Shown: piece by piece, positions 1-13,025 of the stretch
Numbering within the stretch: position 1 is the stretch's first letter
Layout of the letters: each line of letters starts with the position of its first letter
NCBI RefSeq assembly: GCF_006345805.1
Contig: NW_021833070.1
Span: 1 to 64,000, forward strand
Length of the DNA: 64,000 nucleotides
Reading direction: 5' to 3'
From: Octopus sinensis
Lineage: Eukaryota
Made by a program: the position numbers and the translations under genes
Notes under the pieces: generated by a model
What the model was told of the DNA's origin: nothing
What the model saw: the letters and a program-made list of their open reading frames with translations, nothing else
Databases searched by the model: none

Positions 1-153
1 AATTTGAAAAATTAGTGTCGACCAAACAGAAAATATCGTCTACAAAGAAGTTTTGCAATCATACTGATATTATCGAAAAGAATATGATTTCATAATTTAA
101 ATAAGGAAATTTGAGCTTTGAACGTATAGGAGAGTATAAACAATCGTAACATA

Positions 154-563
154 GGTGCAGAGTGGCTGTGTTTAAGTAGCTTGTTTACTAACCACATAGT
201 TCCGGGTTCATCCCACTGCGTGGCACCTTGGGCAAGTATCTCTCTACTATAGCCTCGGCCGACCAAAGCCTCGTGAGTGGATTGGTAGACGGAAACTGAA
301 GAAGCCCGTCGTATATGTATATATATATAAATATATATGCGCGTGTGTGTTTGTATGTCTGTGTTTGTCCCCCTAGCATTGCTTGATTACCGATGCTGGT
401 GTGTTTATGTCCCCGTAACTTAGCGGTTCGGGCAAAAGAGACCGATAGAATAAGTACTGGGGCTTTACAAAAGAACAAGTCCCGGGGTCGAGTTCTCGAT
501 TAAAGGCGGTGCTCCAGCATGGCCGCAGTCAATGACTGAAACACGTAAAAGAGTAAAGAGTAA
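154..563 (+). mobile_element. SINE family S1 (tRNA-like head, conserved body, internal (TA)n(TG)n, CR1-like tail)
   Basis: Head GGTGCAGAGTGGCTGTG..TTCCGGGTTCA-TCCC, body GGCACCTTGGGCAAG..GACGGAAACTGAAGAAGCCC, tail GGCGGTGCTCCAGCATGGCC..GACTGAAAC-(TAAAAGAG)n; about 15 copies in the window. Confidence 0.85.
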
Positions 564-888
564 CTAAATAACATTTTTTTTTCTTTATGCTTTTTTGTAT
601 TGGTCGAAGAAAGCTCTGTTTTCGTTAGGAGTGGTCACATAACCATTCATGATACAGAGGCTGGTGGGGGACCTATTTCAGCTCGGGAGTGAAGCGTCAT
701 CACATGTCACTTAGTCGCAAACACGTCATATAGCTGCAATAGAATGCTGTATCACCATAATATGGGATTTCTCAAAGACACCAGCCAAGTAATCTATCAA
801 GTCCCTTTACACATTTCTCAATACGTACTGCTGTTATGGCTTCCCTCCCTCATTTTATGCCTCCCTCGTAGATTGGTAGATTTGTTAG

Positions 889-2236
889 TTATAATAATAA
901 TAATAATAATAATATAGAAAGAAGAAAAAGAAGAAAGAAGAAGAAAAGAAGAAGAAGAAGACGACGACGACGACGAAGAAGAAGAAAAGAAGAAAGAAGA
1001 AGAAGAAGAAGACGAAGAAGAAGAAGAAGAAGAAGAAGAAGAAGAAGACGACGAAGAAGAATATAAGAAGAAGAAGACGACGACGACGAAGAGAAGAAGA
1101 GAATAAGAAGAAGAGAAGAGACGACGACGAAGAAAAAGAAGAAGAAGAAGAAGAAGAAGAATACGACGACGACGACGACGAAGAAGAAGAAGAAGAAGAA
1201 GAAGAAGAGAAGAAGACGAACGACGAAGAAGAAAGAAGAAGAAGAATAAGAAGAAGACGACGACGACGACGAAGAAGAAGAAGAAGAAGAACGAAGAAGA
1301 CGACGACGACGAAGAAAGAAGAGAAGAAGAATAAGAAGACGACGACGACGAGAAGAAGAAGAATAAGAAGAAGACGACGACGAAGAAGAAGAAGAATAGA
1401 AGAAGAAGAAAACGACGACGACTACGAAGAAGAAGAGAAGAAGAAGAAGAAGAAAGAGAAGACGAACGACGACTAATAATAAGAAGAAGAAGAAGGCGAC
1501 GACGACGACGAAACGAAGAAGAAGAAGAAGAAAAGAAGAAGACGACGACGACGACGAGAAAGAAGAAGAAGAAGAGAAGAAGAAGAAGACGACGACGACG
1601 AATAATAGAATAAGAAGAAGAAGACGACGACGACGAAGAAGAAGAAGAATAAGAAGAAGAAATAAGAAGAAGACGACGACGAATAAAAAGAAGAAGAAGA
1701 AAGAATAAGAGACGACGACGACTACGACTAAGCATAAGAATAAGAAAATAAGAAGAAGAAGAATAATACTACGACGAATAATAATACAGATAAGAAGAAG
1801 AATAAGAATACGACGACGACGACGAAGAAGAATAAGAAGAAGAATAAGACTACGACGACGAATAAGAATAAGAAGAAGAAGATAAGAATAAACGACGACG
1901 AAAATAGAAGAAGAAGAATACGACGACGAAAGAAGAATAAGAAGAAGAAGAAAATAAGACACGACGACGACTAAAAGAAGAAGAAGAAGAAGAAGAAGAG
2001 AAACGACTACGACGAAGAAGAAGAAATAAGAAAATCGACTACGACGACTACTAAGAAGAAGAGAAGAAGAAGAATACTACGACGACGACGACAGAAGAAA
2101 TAAGAATAATAAGAAGAAGACTACTACGAACTGAAGAAGAAGAAGAAGAAGAATAAAGAGAAGAAGAAGAAGAAGAAGATAATAAGAAGAGAAAAAGAAG
2201 AAATAAGAAGAAGAAGAAGAAGATAAGAAGAAGAAA
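889..2236. repeat. Compound trinucleotide microsatellite (GAA/GAC/TAA)n, 1.35 kb
   Basis: Direct reading; source of spurious ORFs 818-1735 and 889-1962. Confidence 0.97.
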
Positions 2237-2797
2237 ATTGTGCCCTGATGCAGTACCAGGCAGTGGCTCTCATGGCTTCTGATCTTAACTGATTGGAAGT
2301 GCTATCATGTACATTGTTTTGTCTTGGTATAAAAGATAGGCTACAGCAAATATTCCGCTCAAAACTACAGATTTGCTTGTCAGTTGTTTGACCTTAACCA
2401 GTTGAGCATGTCCCTTAGTTGCTGACGATATGTACCTCTCTGATCATGAGCAAAAGTAGTGGGGGAGCATAATAGCCATGTTTTGAGAGGAATTCTTTGG
2501 TGTTTGAATAATTCACCCCTGGAAACATGGGTATTTCGTTCATCATCCTTAAACAATCCTATTCAGGGACCTTTTGAGCGGGATGGGCTACTCGATCAGA
2601 AGAAAATTCTAACTGGGCCCCCACCTGCAAGGTCATGTGCTGTTTATCTTCATATGAGATCACTATATCGTGCACATATGGTTGTGGTGCATGTGCCTGG
2701 TGTACCCTTATCAGACGGGTAGTCATGATGGATATACGATGGGCTTCGTATATTTTACCCCAGTGTCACTTTGATTGCATGCACTGCTCTCTCATCC
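2237..2797 (+). mobile_element. Non-coding retroposed element B ending in (TAA)n
   Basis: Colinear with 53176-53572; both end at ..CACTGCTCTCTCA(T/C)(C/T)C followed by AAT repeats. Confidence 0.7.
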
Positions 2798-2861
2798 AAT
2801 AATAATAATAACAAAAACAACAACAACAACAACAATAGTTATAAAGTTATAATTATTATTA

Positions 2862-3320
2862 TCACTTCATTTATTGACCACCAGGGCCGACATATAAGGG
2901 ACAGTACAGTAGACGTGGACAGTGGGTATTTTGCAAAAACAACGTGTACACAATTAAAATAATAACAATAATATCAAACGAGAAGAATATGACAATAAAA
3001 TTTCCCCAATAGGGGAGAGGTAACCACCTGGAGTTGACTCAGGTACCACAACAATCCTGAACTACTCAATGCTTCAAGGGCATCCGGAAAGGGCACCTTA
3101 CTCTCTCTCAAATTCACTAGCCTACAGGTGCATTATTAGAGTAGATCCACTCACACGGGCCATTTTCGCTACATTCACCCACCTTTTAGCTAATGTACTG
3201 GGAGACTGCACTTCTCTCTCCACTCTCATCTTCCTTTTCAAGTGAAATTTGAAAAAGCTGATGAGGGATTGACCGAAGAGAAAAGTGTCTGTCTTAAGAA
3301 AAGTGCCTGTCTTCAGAAAA
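2862..3320 (-). mobile_element. L1/Tx1-like LINE 3' fragment (ORF2 C-terminus plus 3'UTR)
   Basis: Minus strand translates KTDTFLFGQSLISFFKFHLKRKMRVEREVQSPSTLAKRWVNVAKMARVSGSTLIMHL*, homologous to 49256-49620; AATAAA at the 3' end. Confidence 0.75.
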
Positions 3321-5218
3321 GTGTCTGTCTGTGTTAAGCAGAGTTATGGGCCTGAAATTATCTAATGTGTTCCTCTTATTCTCGCCTTTCCTTATCTGCG
3401 TCACTATGCCCCTGCTCACAGAACTGGGAATACCTCCGTTCTGCTGTCAGTTGCAGTAGAGCTCTTCGTGGAGAACGGAGAACAAGTATATGCTTTATCG
3501 TTTTTGGTAGTTTAGTTTAGAGGCGACGAGTTAAGCTTGGACCCTGTCAGTCACTCAATCCGTCTGAAACTGGGGAGATTGAATGAAATGATGTTGTACA
3601 ACTGCAAATCGACGGCTGCAGAAACGCTCTAGACAACTGACATTCTGTGGAAGAGGGGCGGGGCTTCGGTGAGTTGATGAAATATAACATGGATGACGAG
3701 AGGAGAGACAGCTAATGAATATAATAAACTCCATTACTTACATAGCCTCTGTGTTTCTTCACCCCTTCCCTCTGTTTTTCTTAATCCCTCTGTGGCACTT
3801 TAATGAATATCATTATTTTTCATATCTGTTTCTTAGCACCGACGTCAGTACCAGTTGGGTTAATCTAGGTTGAAAGGCGTTCTAACTATAATTATCTCAT
3901 CTTAATATTCAGGCATAATATCGTGTGTAGTTCCCTTTTACAAGAGGATAAAGTGATCTAAAGGCGGTTTTATTGCTATATCTAGAAGGTCAACAACAAG
4001 GTCAGCAACTATAGAAAGGTTCTCTCACTCCTCAGCTTCTTCGATGGAGTCGGATAGGGCCAACGCCGAGTTTGCATTCACCATATTCTTCTGTGTCTAT
4101 GTGTATAACCCTACTGCATATTGTTGATAGAGAATTATTAACGTCCAGATATGAATTTTATAATGGTTTCATATTATTTAGACATAGGCGATCTTTTCTT
4201 TTAGTTGCTATTTCTAGCTGTTGAAAGAGACACGGTAGCGGTGCCATCTCATAAGCGTATCTTTATACAATGTGCTTAAGATTATGGGTTGGGTAAATTT
4301 AGAGAAATATAAATATTTATTTTTTGTTTTCTTTCTGATCAAGTAACCACGTGAGTTATTTGAGGGAGGAAAGAGCTTAGAAATAAATTAAAATGTTATC
4401 TATAAAACTATAAATTTGTGTAAGTGAAATGATGAGAGTTAAAAAAAAACAAAGAACAAAGATCAACTAAGAAAGTGAGATATTAAAATTTGGTTCTTAT
4501 CTTGAATTCTTCACAAACTGAAATGATTTCTTTAAAGAAAAAATAGCTGACATTCGAGCGAACTATTGTTTATAAACAGAGTTAATAAAATTCGTGAAAT
4601 ACGATAAGATTGTGTGCCGTGTAGAGTGAATTCTGACAGCGGTAACGAACCTTTTGATGATAAGGGTTTTATTTTCCCGGGGGAAATCTTCTACTAGTAA
4701 AGTTTTTAAATATGCTTTATGGTCAAGATGTAAAAACGCTATAGTGGTGAACTAAATTATTGTCATTACACTACAGTACTGGACTATAAACCATATTACA
4801 GTACTGTCATCGTACTGTAATAGTACGAACTCTATACCACTTTGCAGTGCAATCATTGCACTATATAATGAGATATAAACTACTAGAGGTGACCTATAAA
4901 CCAGCTTACTATAAAATTAATACACTGCATTTTTGTGAATCATAATATGTGGCTTCTACTTAGAATTATGCGACTAAGACTCGTGAATTTAATTTGGTCG
5001 AACAAATAGCGTAAAGGTGATAGAACACTCACGATACGAATTCTCGCTTAGTTTTCTCAAGAAATTAGCGATGGTTTAAGTCGGCAAAAATTGTTGTTGT
5101 TTTTTTTTATTGGCAGAGTATTTCTTTATTTCGCATGTAGTTAGAAGAAGAATTTCCTGAGTTCAAAGTAAATACTTTGGAAAAAGAGAGGTCAGACAGA
5201 TACGCACACACATATATA

Positions 5219-5595
5219 TTTCTTTACTGTCCACAAGGGGCTAAACATAGAGGGGACAAACAAGGACAAACAAACGGATCAAGTCGATTAGATCGACACC
5301 ATCCGAAAGAATGAAAGGCAAAGTCGACCTCGGCGGAATTTGAACTCAGAACGTAATGACAGACGAAATACCTATTTCTTTATTACCCACAAGGGGCTAA
5401 ACACAGAGGGGACAAACAAGGACAGACATAGGTATTAAGTGGATTACATCGACCCCAGTGCGTAACTGGTACTTAATTTATCGACCCCGAAAGGATGAAA
5501 GGCAAAGTCGACCTCGGCGGAATTTGAACTCACAACGTAACGCAGACGAAATACCACTAAGCATTTCGCCAGGCACGCTAACATTTCTGCCAGCT
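5219..5595 (-). mobile_element. SINE family S2, internally duplicated
   Basis: Contains GTCGACTTTGCCTTTCATCCTTTCGGGGTCGAT core and ..AGCCCCTTGTGGG..TAAAGAAAT tail; two subunits. Confidence 0.85.
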
Positions 5596-6102
5596 AAACA
5601 TATATGTACACTTGTATGAGTGTCACTTTACATAAAGATGTAGCCAACAGCTACCAAATTTCTGAGTCAAAACTGAATCCATAGTTCCATACAAGTTCTC
5701 AGCCTATTGTTCTCACCTGTTGCACTAAGAGGTTTATGAGAATAAGCTGACCTCTTGGCCTTTCTCGAGTCGTTCATCGGTCAAACCTGATATAGAAGAA
5801 AAATCCTACAAAATAAGCAAAGCAAAATCACTTTCATTTTCTTTTGGTCGAGTGACCTCTGATCAGCGATCCATCTATCTTTCTTCTTTCTTCCTTCTTC
5901 CGGTACCGACGGAGAAGCAACTCTTTTATTCGTGCGACAACAAACTGCCTATTCTCTCTACTTGCCTAGACTCTCTTAATCTCTTTCTCTCTAGTAGTCA
6001 CACTCAGATGAAGCTTACCATACAGAATGGGCCATAACAACAAACAACCTGTGCACACAAACAACTCGAAGAAGTCGTATATTCTATATTGTAACAACCA
6101 TC

Positions 6103-6514
6103 GGATCTTTTCGGTTTGAACGGCAGTTTTTTCTAGCGGTGTCATAGGAAATTGTCACCCATAATTATGACCCTAGTATCGATCTATTGCATTTCAATAT
6201 GTTTTAGGGTTAGAGTTAGGGGAAGGGTATCTTTTTTCTTCACAAATGTAAATAAACCCAATCTGTTTCTTAAACGAGGGACATATTCATACGGCACAGA
6301 ATGTTTTTTTTACCTCAATAGACGTCACTGATTGGTTGAAATTGCAGAAATTGAAGAAAAAAAACAACAAATATCTTACAAACTATAGAATTTTCTCAAT
6401 AAAGCCAAGAGAAAAAGATGTTTTATAAACACATTCTACCAGTATACGAAGTTTAAAATTTTTTTAGTTACCTAGAAATTATGTTAAAAACTGCCTTTCA
6501 AACCGAAAAGATCC
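6103..6514. mobile_element. MITE with about 29-bp TIRs and internal TTAGGG-like tract
   Basis: GGATCTTTTCGGTTTGAACGGCAGTTTTT ... AAAAACTGCCTTTCAAACCGAAAAGATCC; second copy inverted at 62484-62920. Confidence 0.85.
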
Positions 6515-6715
6515 CACTCATCCTAATAATCATATGAATAAAAGACAATATTGTTCCTCTGTAACCATTTATTCCATGCATATTATTGCAGCACGTAATC
6601 TTTATAATTGATAAGATTGTCATTATAGAGATGTTAAAGTCTACGCACACTTGCACAGATACTAAACCATAGATATACATAGGGAACACTAGAGCCTTCA
6701 GTTGCTTACCAAGCC

Positions 6716-7511
6716 CGAGAGGGTGGAGGTGGGGTAACGGGAAGGGGAAAGGGAGGGGAGGTCCGAAGCAAGGAAGGACAGGAGCGATGTTAAGTGCGTC
6801 AGTGACGCAAGGACAAGGAGGGGATTTGGATGAAGGGGGCGGGGGGAAGTAACGGGTTTGTCGGCTCCGAGGGAGGAGTGGAACGGGCGAGCATTCGCAG
6901 GGACCAGCAGCAGAAGCCGAGAAGAGGCCACGAAGGGCTGGGGAGCAGCCTAAACCTAGAAATGCGCAAGCAGTGGAAAAGGAAACAACAGAGGAGTAGT
7001 TAAAGGGGATTCCTGATAGTCTGCGAGAGGAGTGTGGAGGTGGAAGGAAGAGTAGCGGGGTGGAAGGGACTGGTGAGGGCGAAGCTGGCCAGAGAGGGGT
7101 TTGACGGAGATGACGGAGGGGTTCTAGTGCAGGACAAGGGGCGTGATGGATTTGTGAGTGTGATGGACAGGATATAGTTGCGCGACACTCCACCGTCTGT
7201 AGTGGAATATGAGGAACCTAGAAGAATGGAGATAGGAAAGTGAAAAAAAAATGATGAGATGTGAACATTTTGTTTATAAAAGAAAATGGGAAAAAAAGAG
7301 GAAAGACTGTAAAAAAATCATGTATAAATCTAACCACTCGACTTCGGGGTTCGAGTGGGCATTGCGCTTCATTTTTATCATTCTTTCATAATTTCATTCG
7401 TTTCTTTTATTTTTTCTTCTTCACTCGATTTCCTTTTTGAAAATTTTAGTTCCCCGAGTTTATGTTTTGCAAAGTGTCTCTATGTAGCCCTTTATGGGTA
7501 ATAAAAAAAGA
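6716..7511 (+). mobile_element. 0.8-kb retroposed insertion flanked by a 16-bp TSD
   Basis: AGTTGCTTACCAAGCC at 6700-6715 and 7512-7527; 3' end ..TAGCCCTTTATGGGTAATAAAAAAAGA; purine- and GC-rich body. Confidence 0.75.
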
Positions 7512-7707
7512 AGTTGCTTACCAAGCCTCAGTACAAAATATTTTACACTAATTCATAACCTACTATTCTCATAACAGAAAATCCTATTTCAATGTCACGT
7601 CAACTGTTTCTGCGAAGAAAATTCACAATATTTTGTGAAGATAATTATTTACTTTCGTAACATATCGTGGATTTATGGAAGTTGACTTGAGCTTCAGATA
7701 TTTAGAT

Positions 7708-8100
7708 ACTTTTTACTCTTTTTACTCTTTTTACTATTTTACTTGTTTCAGCAAATCGACCCCAGGACTTATTCTTTGTAAGCCTACTTAATACTTATTC
7801 TATCGGTCTCTTTTGCCGAACCGCTAAGTTACGGAGATGTAAACACACCAGCATTGGTTGTCAAGCGATGTTGGGAGGACAAACACAGACACACAAACAT
7901 ATACACACAGGTATATATATATATATATATATACATATATACGACAGGCTTCTTTCAGTTTCTGTCTACCAAATCCACTCACAAGGCTTTTGGTTGGCCC
8001 GAGGCTATAGTAGAAGAACACTTGCTCATGGTGCAACGCAGTGGGACTGAACCCGGAACCATGTCGTTGGTAAGCGAGCTACTTACCACACAGCCACTCC
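7708..8100 (-). mobile_element. SINE S1
   Basis: Reverse complement of the S1 consensus, partial tail deletion. Confidence 0.85.
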
Positions 8101-8901
8101 ATAACTTTCATTAAATTTTTTTTTTGGAAGCTAGAACTTAAATAGCAGCAACCAAGAATTGAAATTTTCTTGCGATATTGGATCGTTGTTCTGCCAAGTA
8201 ATTATCTTCCAACTTTATACACAAAACCCCAGCAGCAGTTGCAGTTATACAAATGTTTTGTTGATTCAAAAATATGCATACTACAGCCAGCAGATATATA
8301 ATAAAACCAATAAATGTCTAGGCTCACTATCCAGGAATTTCATTTTACATAATATAGTGCAGATGCACTAATATTGAAAAGACATCTAAATACGACTCAC
8401 ACATGTTTAGTGAGTAACAGCATTCTACTCGAAACAATTGGAGCTAACTCTAACGATCAGAAATATTGATTCAATTGTATTTATGATAATTATTTTAATT
8501 AAACTTCGGTGACTATCGATTAAAACTAACTTTTAGAATATTTATATCAGCTGCAGTAATTGTATTTTTTTATTATTATCTAAAACTCCATATGAGCTTC
8601 GTTGTATGATTGTAACCTTAAAATCAACATGACTTATTTGCATTTAAAGTTTCGATGATCATGGAGAGAGCACATATTTATTAAACAAGCTGTGAGCAGT
8701 GCAAGTCAAATTATAAGAAACCAATATGCCATAAAACAGAAGACTACATGACCTCTGCTTGCCTTTATTTAATGAAAAAAATAATACAAACATTTAATGG
8801 TCAATGAACTTGTTGGCACCTCTTTTCTTTATAGATTTTCAACTAGTTAACGCACGCACACACATGAACAAAAATATGCATATGCAGTCATGTATACAAA
8901 C

Positions 8902-8932
<31 letters not shown>

Positions 8933-8933
8933 A

Positions 8934-8999
<66 letters not shown>

Positions 9000-9439
9000 T
9001 GATATGGTGATGCAAACAAGAAAGATATATATATAGGCTGGCCTTAAAGTAGGTTTACAGTTATTCAATTATCTCTTTCACATTCATATATTAACAGTTT
9101 AGATCTTAATTACAAAAGACTATGAAACCATTATTCTATGCTAATTTAGTTAATTGTAAGATAGAAATTTAAATGTAATACAATGTTTTAAAAGGAATTT
9201 ATAGTGCCTACGCGATAACTGTAAACCTGCTTTCAGCCCACCTTGTGTGTGTGTGTGATATATATATATACATATATATAAAGAGGGAGAGAGAGAGAGA
9301 GGAGAGAGAGAGAGGAGAGAGAGAGAGAGGGAAAGACAGAGACAGACAGAGATAAAAATAGGGAGAAAGAACAGTTAAAGCCAATTCCATGTGTGTTGAA
9401 TGGTTTGCTATTTCTCCCTCTCTTTGTCTTATATATATA

Positions 9440-9879
9440 TATAATTTAAATTTAATTAGAGATAAAACCACTATTAGGCAAATCAAACAGTGAAAAACAT
9501 AAACCAAAACATAAAAATAAAAATAATTAATATAATATACAAAATATATAAAATATAAAATTAAAAATTTAAATTATTCAAATTTAAAATTATTAATTTA
9601 TATTTATAATTTTTTTAAGTATATAACTATCAAAAAGGACTAAAAAGTTTAATATAAGATAATAAGTAAAATACTTTTTGATAGGTATATATTTTTAAAC
9701 AAATTATAAATATAAATATAAATTAATAATTTTAGATTTAAATAATTTAAATTTTAAATTTCATAATTTTAATATATTTTGTATATTATATTAATTATTT
9801 TTATTTTTATGTTTTGGTTTATGTTTTTCACTGTTTGATTTGCCTAATAGTGGTTTTATCTCTAATTAATTTAATTATA
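9440..9879. mobile_element. AT-rich fold-back / MITE, about 440-bp hairpin
   Basis: TTAATTAGAGATAAAACCACTATTAGGCAAATCAAACAGTG.. at 9452 is the reverse complement of the sequence ending at 9869; arms about 190 bp. Confidence 0.85.
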
Positions 9880-9942
9880 CTGTGAAATTAGATTTAATCC
9901 TAAATCTAATTTTTCCCTGTAAATTTGGATTTACTCCCTAAT

Positions 9943-10027
<85 letters not shown>

Positions 10028-10505
10028 CATACATACATACATACATACATACATACATAATTTGCCGCTATCGGCCCAGCGGCAGATTAGAAAGCGTGTT
10101 TGAATGTGGACGAAGTTTGTTTCTTCTCCTTCTTTAATTTTTTTCAATATATTGAATATCTTGGGTTACGAATTGTTGTGGATAAATGAAGGTAAATATA
10201 TTTTATAGTTATTTATATTTTTTTCTTAAAATAGGGTATATACAACGGAAGATCGTAAAATGTGTTTCTAAATTAAATTAATTTTTCAAAATTGATTTAT
10301 CTAGTTCGTACATTAAACGTGTAACTAATTTTGTATTCACCACAATAACTAATAAAATAGACTTCATTTATCTCGCCCGCCTTATATCATTTCCGTATCA
10401 AAGAGAAAAGTCCGTTTGTTTATTGTATTTACATTTTTAAAAACAACGGCCATTCAACACGCATGGAGTTGGCTTTAACTGCTCTTTTCCCCTCCCTTCG
10501 TCTTT

Positions 10506-10690
10506 GTGGTAAGTAGCTTGCTTACCAACCACATGGTTCCGGATTCAGTCCCACTGCGTAGCACCTTGGGCAAGTGTCTTCTACTATAGCCTCAGGCCGA
10601 CCAAAGCCTTGTGAGTGGAGTTGGTTGACGGGAACTTTCTAGGTGCAATCCCATGGTCATTCATGACCGAAGAGGGCATTTACCTTCTTT
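10506..10690 (+). mobile_element. Chimeric SINE: S1 head and body joined to S5 tail
   Basis: S1 sequence up to ..GACGG(G)AACT, then TTCTAGGTGCAATCCCATGGTCATTCATGACCGAAG (S5 3' end as in 13874-14200). Confidence 0.65.
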
Positions 10691-10889
10691 TAGTCGTTCT
10701 AACGACTCAGCTAATTCACCACATATACACACTCACACACACGCGCGCGCGCACGTACACATACTCACAGCTTTCAAACTAAAGCTGAGAATTTGTCTCG
10801 CGACTCGAGTTTCATACCAGTGAGATCATCAGGCGAAATTGACGACTTGGTCAAATTTGGGCATACGACAGTTTAACATTTTTCGTGCA

Positions 10890-11147
10890 CAAGTCCGGGC
10901 AAGGTTGCTTATAACAGACCAACAGTCGGTCATGCATACCAACCTCCCCTCTCCACACCACCGATGTTATCCAAGGAAAAGGCAAAGGGGCCGATACAGC
11001 TTACCACGAGTGACGCTGCAACTCATTTCTACAGCTGAGTGAACTGGAGCAACGTGAAATAAAGTGTCTTGCTCAAGAACACAACACACAGCTCGGTCCG
11101 AGAATCGAACTCACTACCTCATGATTGTGAACCCGACGCTCTAACCT
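10890..11147 (-). mobile_element. SINE family S5
   Basis: Minus strand GGTTAGAGCGTCGGG..GAGTTCGATTC..GTGTTCTTGAGCAAGACACTTTATTTCACG; matches 13874-14200. Confidence 0.8.
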
Positions 11148-11818
11148 TAGAACAACTAATGAAATGTATTATAGTATGTATTCCGGTACCTTAGATTCTG
11201 AGTTCAAATCCTGTCTACGCCATGTTTATCTTTCATCATTGGCGGATCGATAAAATACGGTACCAATTTTAGGCTGTGAACTGGCGGAATCTGCCTTTGC
11301 TCTGTGATCAAATTTCGACACATGCCCTAACTTAATAGTAGAGCTAACCAGTCGCCCAGTATATCACTACTACCTCGTACCTTGGGCCCTTTTAGCCGAG
11401 TCCAATCTTTTCGCAAGCATTCAGGCCAAACCTCTATCCCCACCGCATCCTTCCTACCCGTCTCAGAATCCTTGTAAAGATTAATGGGCATGCTCTACCC
11501 CACCCCCACTGCCGACTAAAAGTCTAAAACATGTATTCTTGCTGTTTATGGGAATTGTTCTTCGTTACAAAAGCTAGATCAAGTAAACAGTGAGGATATT
11601 GTGTAAATATGTGAATATTTTCGTTAAGCCAAAACCAGTTTTTTTTTTTTTGCCGCTCTTTCGCTGGTGACAATTTGCTCTAAACACCGAAGATACAGAC
11701 AACAGACATCAAGTTTCTTTTTTCTTTTTCTTTGTTTTTTTTTGTTTTGTTTTAATCTTATTTCTATTTCCTGTCTATTGTTCTTGTATATGTTATTTGA
11801 AATATTAACATTCCGTAA

Positions 11819-11844
11819 GCTGCTGCTGCTGCTGCAGTTGCCAA

Positions 11845-11940
<96 letters not shown>

Positions 11941-11970
11941 AATAATAACAATAATAATAATAATAATAAA

Positions 11971-12008
<38 letters not shown>

Positions 12009-12059
12009 TAATAATAATAATAATGATAATAATAATAACAATAATAATAATAATATAAA

Positions 12060-12099
<40 letters not shown>

Positions 12100-12268
12100 T
12101 AATAATGATAATAATAATAACAATAAAAATAATAATAAAATTAATAATAATAATAATAATAATAATGACAACAATAACAACAACAACAACGCCAAGAACG
12201 ACTCCAATGACGACGAGGACAACAGCAACAGCACCAACAGCACCAACAACAATAACAACAACAGCATC

Positions 12269-12342
<74 letters not shown>

Positions 12343-12356
12343 CGATGATGATAGTA
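11819..12356. repeat. (AAT)n array with AAC/GAT segments and a higher-order block of roughly 85-95 bp
   Basis: Direct reading; block AATGATAATAATAATAACAATAAT..AAATTAAT recurs three times. Confidence 0.95.
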
Positions 12357-12501
12357 ATGAACTTTATCAAATGTAACAGTAGGTAGTACTTCTGTACTGC
12401 AGAGAAGAAAGAGAAAAATAAATATTTTATCGCCTGTCATTTGCTACCAGTTATTTTGTTGCCTTCATTTTTGAATTTGTATTTATTATTATTATTGTTA
12501 C

Positions 12502-12542
<41 letters not shown>

Positions 12543-12557
12543 TATTATTATTGTTAC

Positions 12558-12604
<47 letters not shown>

Positions 12605-12847
12605 TACTATTTAAAATGCTAACCCTTTCCTCTCAGTATTTTAACTTTCCCATAGATATAATATTTCAACAGAAAGCAGAAACCCTGATTTATATATTTG
12701 TTTACCATTTTGAAAATTTATTTATTACTGCTGCTGCTGCTACTACTACTACTACTCACCACCATCACCACCACCACCACTACTACGACGACGACGGTGA
12801 CTACTGCTACAACCACCACCACCACCACCACCACAACCACAACCACC

Positions 12848-12880
<33 letters not shown>

Positions 12881-13025
12881 GTAAATATACAGTGTTTTAC
12901 TGTACATTATCTTTTGTTTTGTGTGTGATGAAAGTATGTCTTCTCATCGTTTCTTCCCGTGTAAAAAGTGAAGGATTTGCTGCTTGAAGCCAACAAATGG
13001 GAGAGGGCGCTATATATTTTCTTAA

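Noticed and set aside
8140-8330. Open minus-strand frame of about 60 codons
   Set aside because: No start codon, splice support or recognisable motif
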